Shown here piece by piece: positions 23,310 through 37,669 of a stretch of 64,000 bases of DNA. Position 1 is the first letter of the stretch. Each line of letters opens with the position of its first letter. This stretch comes from Narcine bancroftii (lineage: Eukaryota): positions 69,006,001 to 69,070,000 of the forward strand of contig NC_091482.1 in the NCBI RefSeq assembly GCF_036971445.1. Reading direction: 5' to 3'. Under the pieces are notes generated by a model. That model did not search any database, was not told the DNA's origin, and saw only the letters and a program-made list of their open reading frames with translations. The position numbers and the translations under genes are program-made.

Positions 23310-25415
23310 CATTACATAGGAAGTAGGAACAGGAGGAGGCCAAAAATGGCCCATCGAGCCTGCTCCGCCATTCAATACGATCATGGCTGATCTAATTTAT
23401 GACCTAACTCCACCTACCTGCCTTCTCCCCATATCCCCTAATTCCTCTATCATGTAAAAATTTATCTAACCGAATTTTAAATATGTTTAATGAGGCAGCC
23501 TCAACCACTTCCCTGGTTAGAGAATTCCAAACATTCACTACTCTCTGGGAAAAACTATTTTTCCTCATCTCTGTCCTAAATCTACTCCCCCGAATCTTGA
23601 GACTGTGTCCTCTCGTTTTAGTTTCCCCGGCCAGCTCAAAAAACCTTCCTACATCTATCCTATCCATACCCTTCATAATCCTATATGTTTCTATAAGATC
23701 TCCTCTCATTCTTCTGAACTCGAGCGAATACAATCCTAGACGATTTAATCTTTTATAAGTCAACCCCTTCATCCCAGGGATCAACCTAGTAAACCTCCTC
23801 TGGACCATCTCCAAAGCCAGTATATCAGGGGTGTCAAACTCAAATTCACGGAGGGCCAAAATTAAAAACTTGGACTAAGTCGAGGGCCGAACTAAATATT
23901 TATTGAAAATTTTCAACAACATCTGCATGTTTTCTCTTCTTTCAACATATGTAATGTTAAACTTTTTCTTATTAAAATAAATGTTTAATAATAGTTTTGG
24001 ACGAACTCTTTCCAGAAGCATTAACAAATGAGGAATAAAATATTCAATAAATAATATTTCTCTATAGAGGATTTGTCAAATGTTGCTAGTGTGCTGTCGA
24101 ATAGTAAAATCTGAGGGCTATTGAGAATGTGGGAGAATAACATGATTCCTGAAACAATCCAATGGGTGACTGATTGTGGGCATGAACTCTAGCAGGGTTA
24201 TTTGCCATGCCCTTTTTCCATTGGTACAGATATCGTTTGATTTACACACTTTTCAAGTTTTATGCCTAATGAGCTTGTATCCAGGTGCAGGACCATTTTT
24301 AACCAGGAATATATTTATCACTGTGACACGAAACTATTGGAAGATCATTTTATCCTGAGATTAAAGTTCATAATACTTACTCGGGCCTGTGTGCGGGAGG
24401 GCGGGGTTTGCGGGCGATCGGGTTGGACAAGACAGTGCGGGGGCATCGGCTCTTGCTGCAGGGCGGCATCTCGGCGGATTAGCGGCCCCGTCACCGTGAG
24501 TCGCGGATCGGCCTGCGGCAGGGAGGGGTAGTTGGCAACGGTCCTGGCGAGGTCAGGCCCGAGGCCTCCAGTTCCGGGCGTTGGGAAGCGGCCTTGGCTT
24601 CCCCTGACACCGGCCAGGCCCCAAAACCAGAGTCCACGGTGAGACCCTGCAACGTAAACAGAGGAGGTGGGGGCGATTAGCAGGCTGACGCCAATGCATT
24701 CTGGGATTTGTTGTATTACTGTGCATGCGCTATACTGGCGCGGCGGCCAGCGGGCCACCTCTAATACATTTTTGAAATTATCTTGCGGGCCAAATATAAT
24801 TATATCGCGGGCCAAATTTGGCCCGCGGGCCAGAGTTTGACATGTGTGCAGTATATCCTTCCTCAAATATGGAGACCAGAACTGGACACAGTACTCCAGG
24901 TGCGGTCTCACCAGTACCTTATACAGTTGCAACATTACCTCCCTACTCCTGAATTCAATTCCTCTAGCGATGAAGGCCAACATTCCATTTGCCTTCTTAA
25001 TAACCTGCTGCACCTGCAACCTAACTTTTTGCGATTCATGCACAAGCCCCCCCAAGTACCTCTGCACAACAGCATGCTGTAGTTTTTCACCCTTTAAATA
25101 ATATTCAGCTCTTTTATTTTTTTTGCCAAAGTGGATCACCTCACACTTACTAACATTGTACTCCATCTGCCAGACCTTTGCCCACAAATCCAGCTTAACT
25201 CTATCCCTCTGCAGACTCTCCACATCCTCATTACAATTTGCTCTTCCACTCAATTTGGTGTCATCCGCAAACTTGGCTACACCACATTTTGTCCCCTCCT
25301 CCAGGTCATCAATGTAAATGATGAACAGTTGTGGGCCTAACACTGACCCCTGCGGCACCCCACTTACCACTCTCTGCCAACCTGAAAAACTCCCTTATCC
25401 GACTCTCTGCCTCCT
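23310..25415 (-). mobile_element. CR1 LINE 3' portion, well preserved, interrupted by a hAT element
   Basis: VSGVPQGSVLGPQLFIIYIDDL...KFADDTKL...LEYCVQFWSPYLRKDIL | ALEMVQRRFTRLIPG...; the reading frame rejoins when 23826-24856 is removed. Confidence 0.95.
23826..24848. mobile_element. Non-autonomous hAT DNA transposon, 1023 bp
   Basis: Perfect 8-bp TSD CAGTATAT (23818-23825 and 24849-24856); imperfect TIRs CAGGGGTGTCAAACTC / GAGTTTGACATGTGTG; subterminal GCGGGCC repeats. Confidence 0.93.
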
Positions 25416-25544
25416 GTCAGATATTAAATGACTATTTCTTCTTGGTCATGAAACATTGCTTTGTTATAATCCCTGAAGACTTCCATCATACTGAATCAGC
25501 TGGCTTTATAATCATGTATAGAGCTGATTGTTACCATATGTTAC

Positions 25545-26455
25545 AGCCATTTATGATGGCAAAACAGCACAAACACGAGGTAAATGATCAGTTAACGGAG
25601 CTGCTGACATCAAGAATGCTACGCTAATGAGGAGCAGTGTATTCCCATGTTCAATGACCAAACTCAATATTGAGAGAAAATATTCTATAATAAACTGTGT
25701 CCTACTGTCCTGCCAGTTTATTGCAGAATTCTTTCTCTTTATGTTGAGTTTGGTCATTGAACATGCAAATTTGTGGAGGTTTAGTATGTTATTAGAAACC
25801 CTGGCAAACTTCTACAGATGTATGGTGGAAAGTGCGCTGACAGGCTGCATCACGGTCTGGTATGGGAACACTAATACCCCTGAGCATAAAGCCCTCCAAA
25901 AGATAGTGGACACAGCCCAGGACATCACAGGCAAAACCCTCCCCACTATTGAGTACATCTAAAGGGAATGCAGCAATTATCAAAGACCCACACCACCTCG
26001 CACACGCTTTATTCTCGCTGCTGCCATCAGGAAAGAGTTATAGGGTCCACAAGACTCACACCCCCAGGTTCAGGAACAGCTGCTCCCCCTCCACCATCAG
26101 ACTCCTCAACAACAAACTCAATCAGGGACTCATTTAAGGACTCTTGCTTTGCACATTATTGATTTTTTTTGCTCTCCTTGTAACACACAGTTTGCTTACA
26201 TTCATTATCTGTTTAGGTTTTTTGATTGCTCACTCTTTATGCTGTGCACAATTTATTTTTTGCACTACCAATTAGTGGTAATTCTGCCGCGCCCGCAGAA
26301 AAAAGAATCTCAGGGTTGACCATGATGTCATGTATGTATTCTGACAATAAATCTGAAATCTGAATACTCTGCTCCTCATTGGCGCAGAATTCTTGATGTC
26401 AGCAGCTCTGTGAACTGATCATTTATCTGTTTGTGTTGTTTTACCATCACAAATG
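25545..26455. repeat. Long imperfect palindrome (fold-back) split by a LINE insertion
   Basis: 25646-25697 pairs with 25714-25765; 25548-25644 pairs with 26362-26455. Confidence 0.88.
25766..26361 (+). mobile_element. Rex1/Babar-like LINE 3' fragment
   Basis: LANFYRCMVESALTGCITVWYGN...LFSLLPSGKSYR...RFRNSC; tail ACAATAAATCTGAAATCT. Confidence 0.85.
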
Positions 26456-26748
26456 TCAGTAGCAGACGATAAACTCTATTTTGAAATGATTCACTGAAAA
26501 AGACGCCATTGGAAATGTAATGAGGATCTGGTTTTTTTTAAATAATTTCCACCCTTCTTCGATCTTGCTGTTGTTGTGAACTACTGTCCTGCTTGTGACT
26601 GGTTTTTCTGTGAGTGTAGTGGTCAACTTGAGGACGTACAACACTCAGCTTCTCAGCAACAGAGAGTTCACTGACGCAAACGTGCTTTTGGACAAACCAA
26701 TTCAGTGCAGTTTAAAACTAGGTCAGAGAGACCACATCTGTTGTTTGA

Positions 26749-26979
<231 letters not shown>

Positions 26980-28304
26980 TAATGTAATCGGTTATCTTTG
27001 AATAACAGGTAAACAAGCACCTTCATTGATATTTCCTGATTGAAGGTTTTTTCAAGGGTACTATTTTTGACTATTTTAGTCCATAAACTGGACGATGCCT
27101 GCTCTGCTGAAGAATTTGAGGCCTGATGCAGATCAGCTACCATCAGATTGAATAGTGGGGCAGAATTCAGGGAGCAGGTGCCCTACTCCTTTCCACTTGT
27201 ACCCATTCTCATTGCTTCCCAAAGCCATTTTGTTTATTTGTAGAGTTTTACAGGGCAGGAAAGGCCCTTCAGTCTATTGGTGTTTTGCTCACTTAGCTCC
27301 ATTTCTTTCTATACCTTGCCAATTCAACTCTCTGTCAGTGTCTTGTATAGTAAACCCCCCACCCTGTATCCGGCACCTATGGGGATTGGCAGATGCCAGA
27401 TAAGATTTCCAGTTGCTTGAGAATGGGGCGCAAGGGGCACCAATTTTAAACTTTCGTAGTTTATACCTATTTATTTTTGCAATTTTTTTTGCTGGTTGCT
27501 TGAAGCTGCCAGTTCCTTGAATTCTGCATAAAGGGGATTTTACTGCATTTGATTCCACCATCTCTTCTGCCATCATTTTCCAGATATCATCCTCTTTGTT
27601 GAAAATGCTTCCCCTCAGTTCCCTTATAAAGCTTCTTCCTTTCACTGTAAGCCCTATTGATACCATGGGATAAAAGATTCTGATGATCTGCCCGATCTCT
27701 GCCCCGCCCTCAATTTAATTAACTTCAATCTGCTGTCTCCTTTACTCCAGGGAAAAATATTTCAGTTTTACTTTAAATGATTTCACATCCCTATCAAAAG
27801 GCAATGAGAGATTCTATGCCATTATGTCTGGTTATGTATTTCACTTTCTTACAAGTAATTCTCCTACCTGATTTCTCTTTGTCTTTTTAAATTTCTCCAT
27901 CAGCTCCTGCCATTACTGATCTTCTGTTCCTACAGTTCCATAAATTGAAGTTGCTGTTCCTTTTACTTCACGCACACCTGAAATGAGCCAATAAGATGTA
28001 TTGTCCAAACTAAGCCCAGTTCTGGCTTCGTCTGATGTGCCCTTGTGCGCCCTTTTCTTGTGCAATAGGAGGAAAGAGAGGACACCCTGATGGGCTGTCT
28101 GCTCCTTGACTGTGGGAAGAGGAGAGAAACTGCATGATTGAGATAAATTAATTTGACACAGATCAGGGAAAGAAACTAGGACCTTCTGGTTGGTACTATT
28201 GATGATCTTGTTGTCTCAGTGCCTTTTCCCCATTTCCCAGGCTGTATTACCACAGCTCTTGAGGAACTCTCAAATGATACACATCAGTTTATATGTGCTA
28301 CTAA

Positions 28305-28535
<231 letters not shown>

Positions 28536-30131
28536 AGACAACATTACTTTCACTTTGTACTGGTTGTGGAGACTGAAGAGATCCAAATTAAACTCTGGAA
28601 CAACTAAAAGTAGAGCTTTGAAGAAATGGAGACAAAGGCAACTACCTCTAGACTCAGTATTTTAATTCATCTTTGATACCTAATTCACTGAAAGACCAGG
28701 AACTTGAAGTGGATGGCCAACCCAGCTGAGAAAGGTAAAACCTGATGAGACAAGGATGTCTGGAGAGTTACCCCTATTTTTGTGCAACTGTCATTCATTT
28801 TCAGTTCATTGCTTAAAGAAATGGCAGACCTAGTCATTGAATAGTTAGCTGCTGGGTTGGGAAATAATGGAGTCAGTGCAATAAACTTTGTTCATTGTTT
28901 TGCCATTTGGGGGAAATTAAGTCCCATTTAAAATTGGGAACTGTGGACAGATTAGGTTTGTGGTGAACTGCTGTACACAGGGGAGGGGGGGGTGGAAAGA
29001 AGGGGAAATGGTATCGCTAATAATAAAAAAAAACAGGAATTGTTGGAGGTGGCAGCCATTGCTTAGGGAATACATAAAATCCATATTTAAAGTCCTTCAT
29101 TGGAAACTTTCAGTTATTAGGTAGATTCTCTCCAAAATACTAATCTGTTTATTTTCAGTAGTTTTAGTTGTGTTTTTATTTTTCCAAGTTGAAAATTGAA
29201 ACTGCATGTAAAGTACCAGCTTTGTCCATTTTAAGGTGTTTTGCCTAGAAATGTATCCTTGGTTGGAATTGCCAAATTAGCTGGAGCGCGGTATCTGTGT
29301 GTGGTACTTTGCTTTCACATTTGTCCAATTGGGGCTGATTTTCTAGGTGTTTGTATCCTTTTTATTTTACCACTGCTATCAATTTATTGTACTGATTATT
29401 TTTGTCACAATGGGCTCTTCTTACATTTTTCTCTTGAATGCAGGAATTTCTAATTTTACAAATGGAATATTACATGAACGGTAATTTTAAAAAATCTGAA
29501 CACTAGATTTTATAAATACCTTTTTACTTATGATCATAACATCAACCTGGTCAATAAAATTTTTACAGGATGGATTGGTTACCTGCAAATTTATTTGTTT
29601 TACTCACAAGGTCATTTACAACAACAGGGGCCACAGCACATTTAAGGGGGAGGGGGGATGAGCCATAGACTGGAATCATAAAATATTTTAATGTAGTCAG
29701 TAGGAGTACAGAAGAAACCAGCTAAACTTGACTGCTTCACAGAGAAGGGGGCCCATAAACTTTGAGCAGAGACCGAAGGGGCCTATAACCAAAAAAAGGT
29801 TGAGAATGGCTGATTTATAGTAAAGAGATTTTCTGTGGGACAAAATACAAACATATAGACAAGGTCACAACATGAACAAGGCTTGAAATTATTAAACTTC
29901 TATCTGTGTAGTGCATCAATCAACACCTCTCCAAAAGTTTTGAATCGGTTGAAAAATAGTTGGGTACATCCAGAAGAAATGAAATGCTCTACAGAAGAAA
30001 ATTATTTACATTTCAATGTGTTGAGCACCATCAGAGAAGCAAATCTGACTACTGTACCAGTAGCAATTATGTAATCATTGAGTTGGATTATCTTATTTTT
30101 GTTCTTTGCTCCAGCATGAGCCTTAGTAATA

Positions 30132-30313
30132 ACACACTCACCCACACCCACTCACACTCACCCACACCCACTCACACACACACACTCACCCACACACACT
30201 CACCCTCACACACAGACACACACCCACACACAGACATCCACCCACACACACACACTCACAGACAGGACACACTCACCCACAGACACACATTCTCTCACAC
30301 ACCCACACACACA
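30132..30313. repeat. Imperfect (CA)-rich microsatellite
   Basis: Direct reading. Confidence 0.9.
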
Positions 30314-30329
30314 CTGTGCATATAGTCTT

Positions 30330-30815
30330 ACACAGAACATAGAATTTTACAGCACAGTATAGGCCCTTCAGCCCATGATATTGTGTCGTTTTATATATTA
30401 GCATAAATCTACTCAACAAACTAAACATACCCAACCTCACACCCATAACCCCCCCTATTTTTACAGCATCCATCTTCCTGTGTAAGAGTCTTTTAAATGT
30501 CCCTATTGTACCAGTCTCCACCATCATCCTTGGCAAGGCATTCCAGACACCCATTACTCTCAGCTTGTGCTTGCTAATCTTGCCCTGGGAAAATGGTCTA
30601 AGTATCCATCCAATCTATTCTGCTTATAATCTTGTTAATATTTTAAGTAATCTCTCATCCTTTTCTGCTCCAAAGAGAAAAGCCCTAGCTCCATCAACCT
30701 TGCCACCAAAGACATATTCTCCAATCCAAGAAACATCCTGGTATCCGCTGCACCCTCTCAATGAGGTGACCAGAATGGAACACAATATTCCAAGTGTGGT
30801 CTAACCAGAGTTTTA
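30330..30815 (-). mobile_element. Degraded CR1 LINE 3' fragment
   Basis: GVWNALPRMMVETGTIGTFKRLL (ORF 30273-30554) and ACAGTATAGGCCCTTCAGCCC tail. Confidence 0.75.
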
Positions 30816-30875
30816 TTAGCTCTAGTATGTAGGATCTTTACCAAGGACACACAGACCAATTAGTCGCATTTCAAG

Positions 30876-31182
30876 TACCATATTTGACGGCATACAAGAC
30901 CCCACTGCCTGCCCAATTTCAGCAGGGAATTTTTTGGTGTATTTACAGGTAAGTTGGTGAATGGGTTCCTCCCGCACCTCCTGTGTTGCTGCAAGGGCTG
31001 CCGTGCTCCGCCTTCTCAGTGGGGAAGTGAACGGCGACAGCTCCAGAAAGCACGGTTTGCCTTCTCAGCAGGAAAGTCAGTGTGGCATGAGCCGAATTTC
31101 TTCTTTGCATAGAAGACGGGGATATTTTTGAGCCAATTTCTTGGGGGAAAAAAATTGGTCTTCTCTGCTGACAAATACAATA
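30876..31182. mobile_element. Tc1/mariner (pogo/Tc2-like) MITE relic
   Basis: TA-flanked imperfect TIRs TACCATATTTGACGGCATACAAGAC / GTCTTCTCTGCTGACAAATACAATA. Confidence 0.6.
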
Positions 31183-33664
31183 AATTACTAAAGTTACTCC
31201 TTCATCTTACTATGGAGCAGTTTCAATGAATGCCATATGTTTCCTGATTGTGTTTTGATGACTGAATATAATGTTGTTTGGGGCAAACAAGAACTACTCC
31301 AGTTCCAATTCTGCTCTGTACTTGTGCTTTTGTAATCACAGAAACGTCCTATATCAGGAAAACGATGATTAGCCCAAAGTACAATAATCTCATGCCCTTA
31401 ACTTTATTAATAATTTATCAAATTATAGAAATTTAATGCACAAGGCCATCTGGCCCTCCACGTCCATGCCAGCATTCCTGTTTAAAATCACTGATCACCT
31501 CACTGCTGCCTTGGGCAGTTTTTCGAAATCTTTATCCTGTGTACGAGGTATTAAATCTGTTTGCCTTCTTTAAAAACAGTCTGTTTTCATGTGACTTTCT
31601 GGATCTTTCAATTCGTTTTGCATGTTAAAGTTCTCTTGTCTCTGAGCCTTCCTCTGCAAAATATGGATTCCGTGCATGACACGGCAAAGGAGTTTTTAAA
31701 AAAAATAACATACAACAGCAGTTTTTGGGCCATGTGGAGTTAAGAATGATTAAAAAGCTGTGTTCTGCTGACAGGCATAATAGGATCTAATGACCTGATT
31801 GAATAGCGAGACTCGTCTTGTTTTCCGAATTGACAATCCTACTAATTTGCTGCTGTCTTGGCAACCCAGGGAAGTGTAATGGAGATTGTTAAAACAATTT
31901 GTTTGCTTCAGGTTCATCCTCGTCTGTTATGGTAATAAAATAGAAAATTGACAGAAATAACCGTCATATTAAATAAACTAAGCCAACATTTCAGATGGAG
32001 ATTTATCTTCTGAAAATGATATCCACTTAATTTTTACAGACAGAAATGTGTGTATTACTGGGATTCCCTATTTACAACTACTGTACTTATTTAAAACCAA
32101 ATCTTTCCCCCATCTCAACCCGTTTAGGTGGCCTCATTCAATATCAGCCCGTGATCCTGTCAGACCCACAGCAAGGCTTTGTAACTAAGCTAATTCAGGA
32201 TTGCACAGGCTTTGACAGTGACTGGGAATGGATTTGGCTTGAGAATCAAGAGGTAATTAATTAGGAGTTGAGCATATTCTGAGGCTTGTGTGAAACAATT
32301 TTCTGTCCAATTACTTGATACAAAGAAAAAATTGTTCTGGACTGGATGTTTTTCCTCTTCAGAGATATTAGTTGAAATAATTATAAACGATTATTACTTT
32401 TCAAATGTTTCAGTGGATAACTATTGCTTGTTGCAGTATAAATCTATTTAATCGAGTTTTTCAACTGTCCAGTGAGGCTATTTTTCTGCATCTTAGAGAC
32501 TGGAAGAGAGGCAACCATGCTCAGTTATCTCAGAATATTTTATTGACCCTATGGCTGAGAGTTAATGAGGAAGAAACTCATTCAGTTGATAAGTACCTAT
32601 GGGCACAACTTCAGGAGCAAGTTTGATACATCTTCCATAGAAATCTACTTGAAGAAATTGTCTTAAATATCTGAACAGCAGCCAACTGAATGGATTGCAG
32701 TACAGTTCCTGTGGAACCAAACTTTTAGGTGGTTTTTCACATCTGTTGTTGCAAGGTAGGTTAACGTACCAAATCTAATCTTTAAAGGGCTGTATAGAGA
32801 GGATTTGGAGATGTTTCCAATAGTGGGAGAGTCTAGGACCAGAAGACACTGCCTCAGAATAAGAGAACTTCCCTTTAGAATAGACATTAGACATACATAC
32901 AGCACAAAAAATGGTAACAGGCCTTTTGGCTCATGAGTCCATTCTGCCCAATTACATCCAATTTGGTTTATAGATGTGGAAAAAATTCTTCAGCTAGAGG
33001 TTGAAGGATTTGTGGAATTCATTGCACAGGCATCTCTATTTAAAGCAGATGTTTATATGTTCTTGATTATTCTTGAGTGTCAAAGGCTTTGGTAAGAAGG
33101 CAAGAAGGTAGGGTTGAGGAAAAATACTTCAGCCATGAATCAAATGACAGAACAGACTTGATGGCCAAATGGTCTAATTCTGCTCATGACTTATTGCCTA
33201 AAACTTAAACAATAGAAATAGAGTACACAGTGAGAACAAAAAGGAAAGGTTCTAATCTTGGAAATCTTAAATAAATGTACCTTTGACATTAAATACATGA
33301 CCATAAAATAGGTACAAGTTAAATGCTTTTCTCCATCAAGCACGTTCATTAGTGAATTGATTGATAAGAGATAAAATGTGTTCTGCAACTTGATGCATAA
33401 GGTACCAAAATTAAAAGCTGAAAAGTATTTGCATTAAAAATAAAAAGGATGAAAAGTTTTCAGGGATGTTGGGAGAGATGATTAATAATTAATAAGATGA
33501 AAGTTGGTGGTATGGATTATAAGCAAGTTCTTCTCGGGTTACAGTAGGATATACCTATATATCAGATAGAAAGTTCCAGTGCTGGCATATGCTATTTGGT
33601 CCTGATCTTGAGCTTCAAGTCCATGGTTCCCTGAAAGTGGAACACAGGTAAGTAGGATGGTGTA

Positions 33665-34200
33665 TTGTGGAGGGTCGTGACTATCATGTGACAGCTCTGC
33701 CCATTATCTGGTTGGAAGACACACCACCTGCCAATCAATCAGTGCAAACCTGACCATTAGTCCCTTTAAGTGTCTTTGTACTTGGGCCATTGGCCTTTGT
33801 AATCAATTAGACCTTTCAGGTTTCCTGTAGATTACCTGGGCTGGATTCCCTCCAGTACTATAAAGGGCACCTCGTGCACATTTTGCCATCTCGAAGGGAC
33901 CACTCTGCTTCAATCCAGGCTGAGTACTGTGGAATAGCGCAGGAGAAATCATTTGGTTAATGTGCACTGGTGAAGGGTTGGGAGCTTCTTAGTGTCCTGT
34001 GTAGCAAAGAGCCATGCCTCCATTGAGTCCTCTTGTTCATTGTTGTGCGTGCATGAGCGTGCAAGGGCCTGGTTCCTCATTTAATCTGCACAATAACTGG
34101 GCACCATGTCCTTTGAAGAAGTGTTTTCAAATGTGTTGGGAGTGCAAATGTTCCGGTTTCTCACTTTATCGAATCTTTTCTGGAGTAACATTGCAGCCAA
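33665..34200 (+). mobile_element. Possible LTR-like relic
   Basis: Begins TGTGG after a CR1 fragment; CCAAT boxes and TATAAAGGG at ~33859; right end not defined. Confidence 0.3.
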
Positions 34201-35219
34201 TTAAATAATTCTTAGCAGCATCTTCAAAAAAGATGATTGTGATGAGCCTGCTATTCCAGTCAATCGCTCAGCATCTATACCAGATATTGCTGAACCATCA
34301 TTAGTAGTTTTCTTTATCCTAGATCCCACTGATTAACCCTGGCTGGGGAGCTGTCCGTAGGTTCTCCTGCAGCTCAATTCATGTGGCGAGACCATGCTGT
34401 GTAGCAGCTGTATCACACAAAGTTAGAGAAATTTGGTACCAACCCTGCTGTCTTTCACCTCTTCAAATATCATCCCAACTAATCTGCAACTGAAATCCTT
34501 GCTTGACATGATTTAGGAACTGAAGGAAATGTTCATTAATATCTTTAATGTATTCGTGAAGGTTGTGGATGCAAGTGACAAGTCTAACAGGATAGAATGA
34601 ATCTTTGTGTTCAGCAGTCCCCTGCTGAATGGAAAGTAGGGATTTAATTAATACTAATCAAATTTAATGAGCAATAATTCATTCATACTACAACCCAAAA
34701 CCAGTCTAAATGCTGCAGTTCTGAACTGAATTAGCTCAGACTATTCCAACTACACGAGGAACACGTTGGACATTAAAAGATTAGAGTGGGGAACACGTCT
34801 GAGGTAGTGAGCAGCATGCATCTGATTTTATTCCATTTCTCATATTTTCTATCATTATCAGGCTACCACATCAACTTATAAAAAGCAGTGTTCTGCGTTT
34901 TGAAGTTTAAAAAATGAAAACGTAGGGTGCTTCTGGATGCACTTCCAGTATTTTCAAAATTTATTTCATGACACGTCTTGTCACTGACTGAAGGATGAAG
35001 ATTCTTGGTGCTATTAAAATGAACACTTACTCCATTTGGGAACACAGAATTATACTACGTCTTCACGTAATTTAGCCAGCACAGTCTGATGTATCTGTAA
35101 CACCAGCTTTTTGATAATTGGAATTCAAATAAAGATGGCTCTTGTGGCAGTATGTTGAAAAAAGATTCTTAAATAAATAACTGGTCCTGTTGATTCCTCT
35201 TTGGTTGCAATGCAAGGCT

Positions 35220-35327
35220 TTACATCCTGCGGGCTTTCCGTGGTCGACAGCCATTGTGGGGGATGGGAGTGTTGTCTGTAATTGAAACCACCTGGAGACC
35301 ACCCATACTTAATCCTTTTATGGCAGA
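35220..35327 (-). CDS. MRPS11: MRPS11 (mitoribosomal uS11m) exon 6, last
   Basis: TTGCAG|[35 protein letters not shown]; candidate minus-strand AATAAA at 34960-34965 and 34827-34832. Confidence 0.97.
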   Translation of the reverse strand, partial: SAIKGLSMGGLQVVSITDNTPIPHNGCRPRKARRM

Positions 35328-36789
35328 CTGCAATAGAAAAAGACCATTTAAAAAAATATCCATATCCTCAAATATATGTAAAAAGCAGTGAACTTGATAT
35401 ACAAGAAGCTCTAAGACCTTATCCTGTCAGTATCTGTGTCTAGCTGTGTGGTCACAGAGGCTACGGGAGCACTGGAGGTGAATCACACTGTGCAATTTCT
35501 GCTGATGGCGAATCTTTGCCTTACGTCAGACTAATGCAATTTTGTGTAATATTACATGACAATAAAAGAATCTTGAATCTAAATACTGTTTCCAGTGCTT
35601 CCTTTAAGATCACCAGTATTCCATTGCATATACTCCCTTTAAGCTCAGCTTCACTGGCAAGTTCATTATACTACTACTGTACTAACATCTGGGATAAAAA
35701 GTGATTTAAAAGCCTGTTGGACTGTGATATAGTTTAGAATTTGCTCGAAAGACACCAATATCTCGAGGTCACCAGATTGATTATCAGAGTTTCACTTTAA
35801 TCAGACCAATTTCAGAGAACAAGTAAAAAGGACATAGGAGGATCACTCAGAAAATTCTCCACTTTTTTGGAGACTTCAAAAGGTAAATTATTTTCATGTA
35901 TATAAAAAAATCATTCATGGAGTTTAGCTGAGACATGGCATTGACCAATTCCCAATGTATAAATCGGGGGCCTAGGTCGATGTTTAATTCAATGTATACA
36001 TACTTGTCCTCAAATGCCACATTTTGAGATTTTCTGCCTTTCCTCCAGCCATCTTTGGGCCTGGAAATTTCACATTCTCTCAGGAAAGTAAGTTAGTTAC
36101 CATCAAAAGGAATTCAATAGCTACAAAGTCAGAGGAACATGGAGAATGAAACCTCGTAATGTGTACATAATGCACAACACACCTAGCCTTTCTTTTAAGT
36201 ATCCTATGAAAATGCAGGGAACAAGCCCTTCCAAGAAAGAGCTGAGGAGTTCATTTATAGATGCCCCGTGTATGATTCTGAATAAGATGCCTCAATTTTA
36301 TCTTCTGTCTTTCTATGTACTCAAATGATTATTGCTATACAGCTAAACCCACAGGGAATTAGAAAAGCACAGAGAAAGAAAAATATTACAAAAGGAATTG
36401 GGGTCAGGATACAAAAACAAAAAAAAAGGCAATGGGTTAACTAGCCTATTCCTGTACTAAAATTTCTATATCATGTTGGCTCTCAGCCATTGAACCAAAT
36501 TTGAAGAAATTAAGTATTTAAGGATTAAAGCCAGAAGGAAGAATGCAAACTAACAGCAGCGAGACTATAATACCATCAGTGGATGCAGTATCAGGCCTGG
36601 TTTACCAAATAAATGTTACTTAAATTAATTTGCTAAGAATTAATCTCTGAGCAGTCTGGGGTATAATGATGAATAATAGTTGTGTGCAGTGTTCTGAGAA
36701 GCCATCTCTAGGGTGCAAGGGCTTATTTTTGTTTCCAAGGCATTGGGGACAGAGGGAAGAAATCAGATTGCTGAAGCAAATACATTTTC

Positions 36790-37300
36790 TGTTTCATAAT
36801 TTCTTATGTGTTCACACCGCTCGCGTTTCACAATGCAAGGGGGAGCGGACATCCTTGTGGGAAGGCCTGCTAGTGCTAATCTGGGGTATTTAAACTAGAT
36901 TTGCAGGATGATGGGAACCAGAGTGGATACTGGAGTGGAGGAGGAAAAAGATGTAAAGACTGCAGAGACAGAAATCAAAGGGATGTCATAGTGTAAATAT
37001 AATGTTCCTGGGTGCATCTATTTCAGTGCATGGAATATTGTTGGAAAGGCAAACGATCTTAGAGCATGGATTGGCACATGGAATTATGACATTAATGAAC
37101 TTAGTTGCAGGAGGGGCAGGATTGGCAACTCCATGTTCCAGGGTTCTGTCATTTTAGACACGTTAGAGTGGGAGGGATGAAAGGGGAAGGAGTGGCATTG
37201 CTTGTCAGGGAAAAAAAATCATAGCTGTGTTCAGACAGGATAGAGCAGAGGGCTCATCTGTTGAAACTGCATGGGGGGAGCTGAGGAATGGGAAAGGTCT
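36790..37300 (+). mobile_element. Degraded CR1 LINE, ORF1/endonuclease junction
   Basis: AGAGCATGGATTGGCACATGGAATTATGAC (RAWIGTWNYD) and GGAGTGGCATTGCTTGTCAGG (GVALLVR) motifs. Confidence 0.65.
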
Positions 37301-37669
37301 GTATTTGAACATCCAAGTTCATTCTTTATGCTATCTCACTTTCAGGTGAACCTCCAATAAGCACAGTAGCAAGCTTAACTTCAACATCCAATATGGTAGC
37401 TTGTGCTTGGAGAATGACCACTCAGGCATGGTAATAATAGATGCAATTTGAAATCAATACATTTAAGTCAAGTGCAGGAGACGAGATTTGAAATATATAC
37501 CTGGAACATTGGAGCATAGTGCACAATGTACCTTTTCAGGATTAAGGCAAGTTTCTGCCCTGCCTTAAAAGGCTGCATTGTTTCAAAATATAGGCCTCTA
37601 AACAATCCTGCTGTTGCCTAGCTGGAATGGAATTATTTACAGAAGTAAAATATTAAAGTTTTCAGACAC

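Noticed and set aside
24345-25370. 341-aa ORF as a novel RT fusion protein
   Set aside because: CR1 RT frame running by chance into the GC-rich hAT insert; no true start codon.
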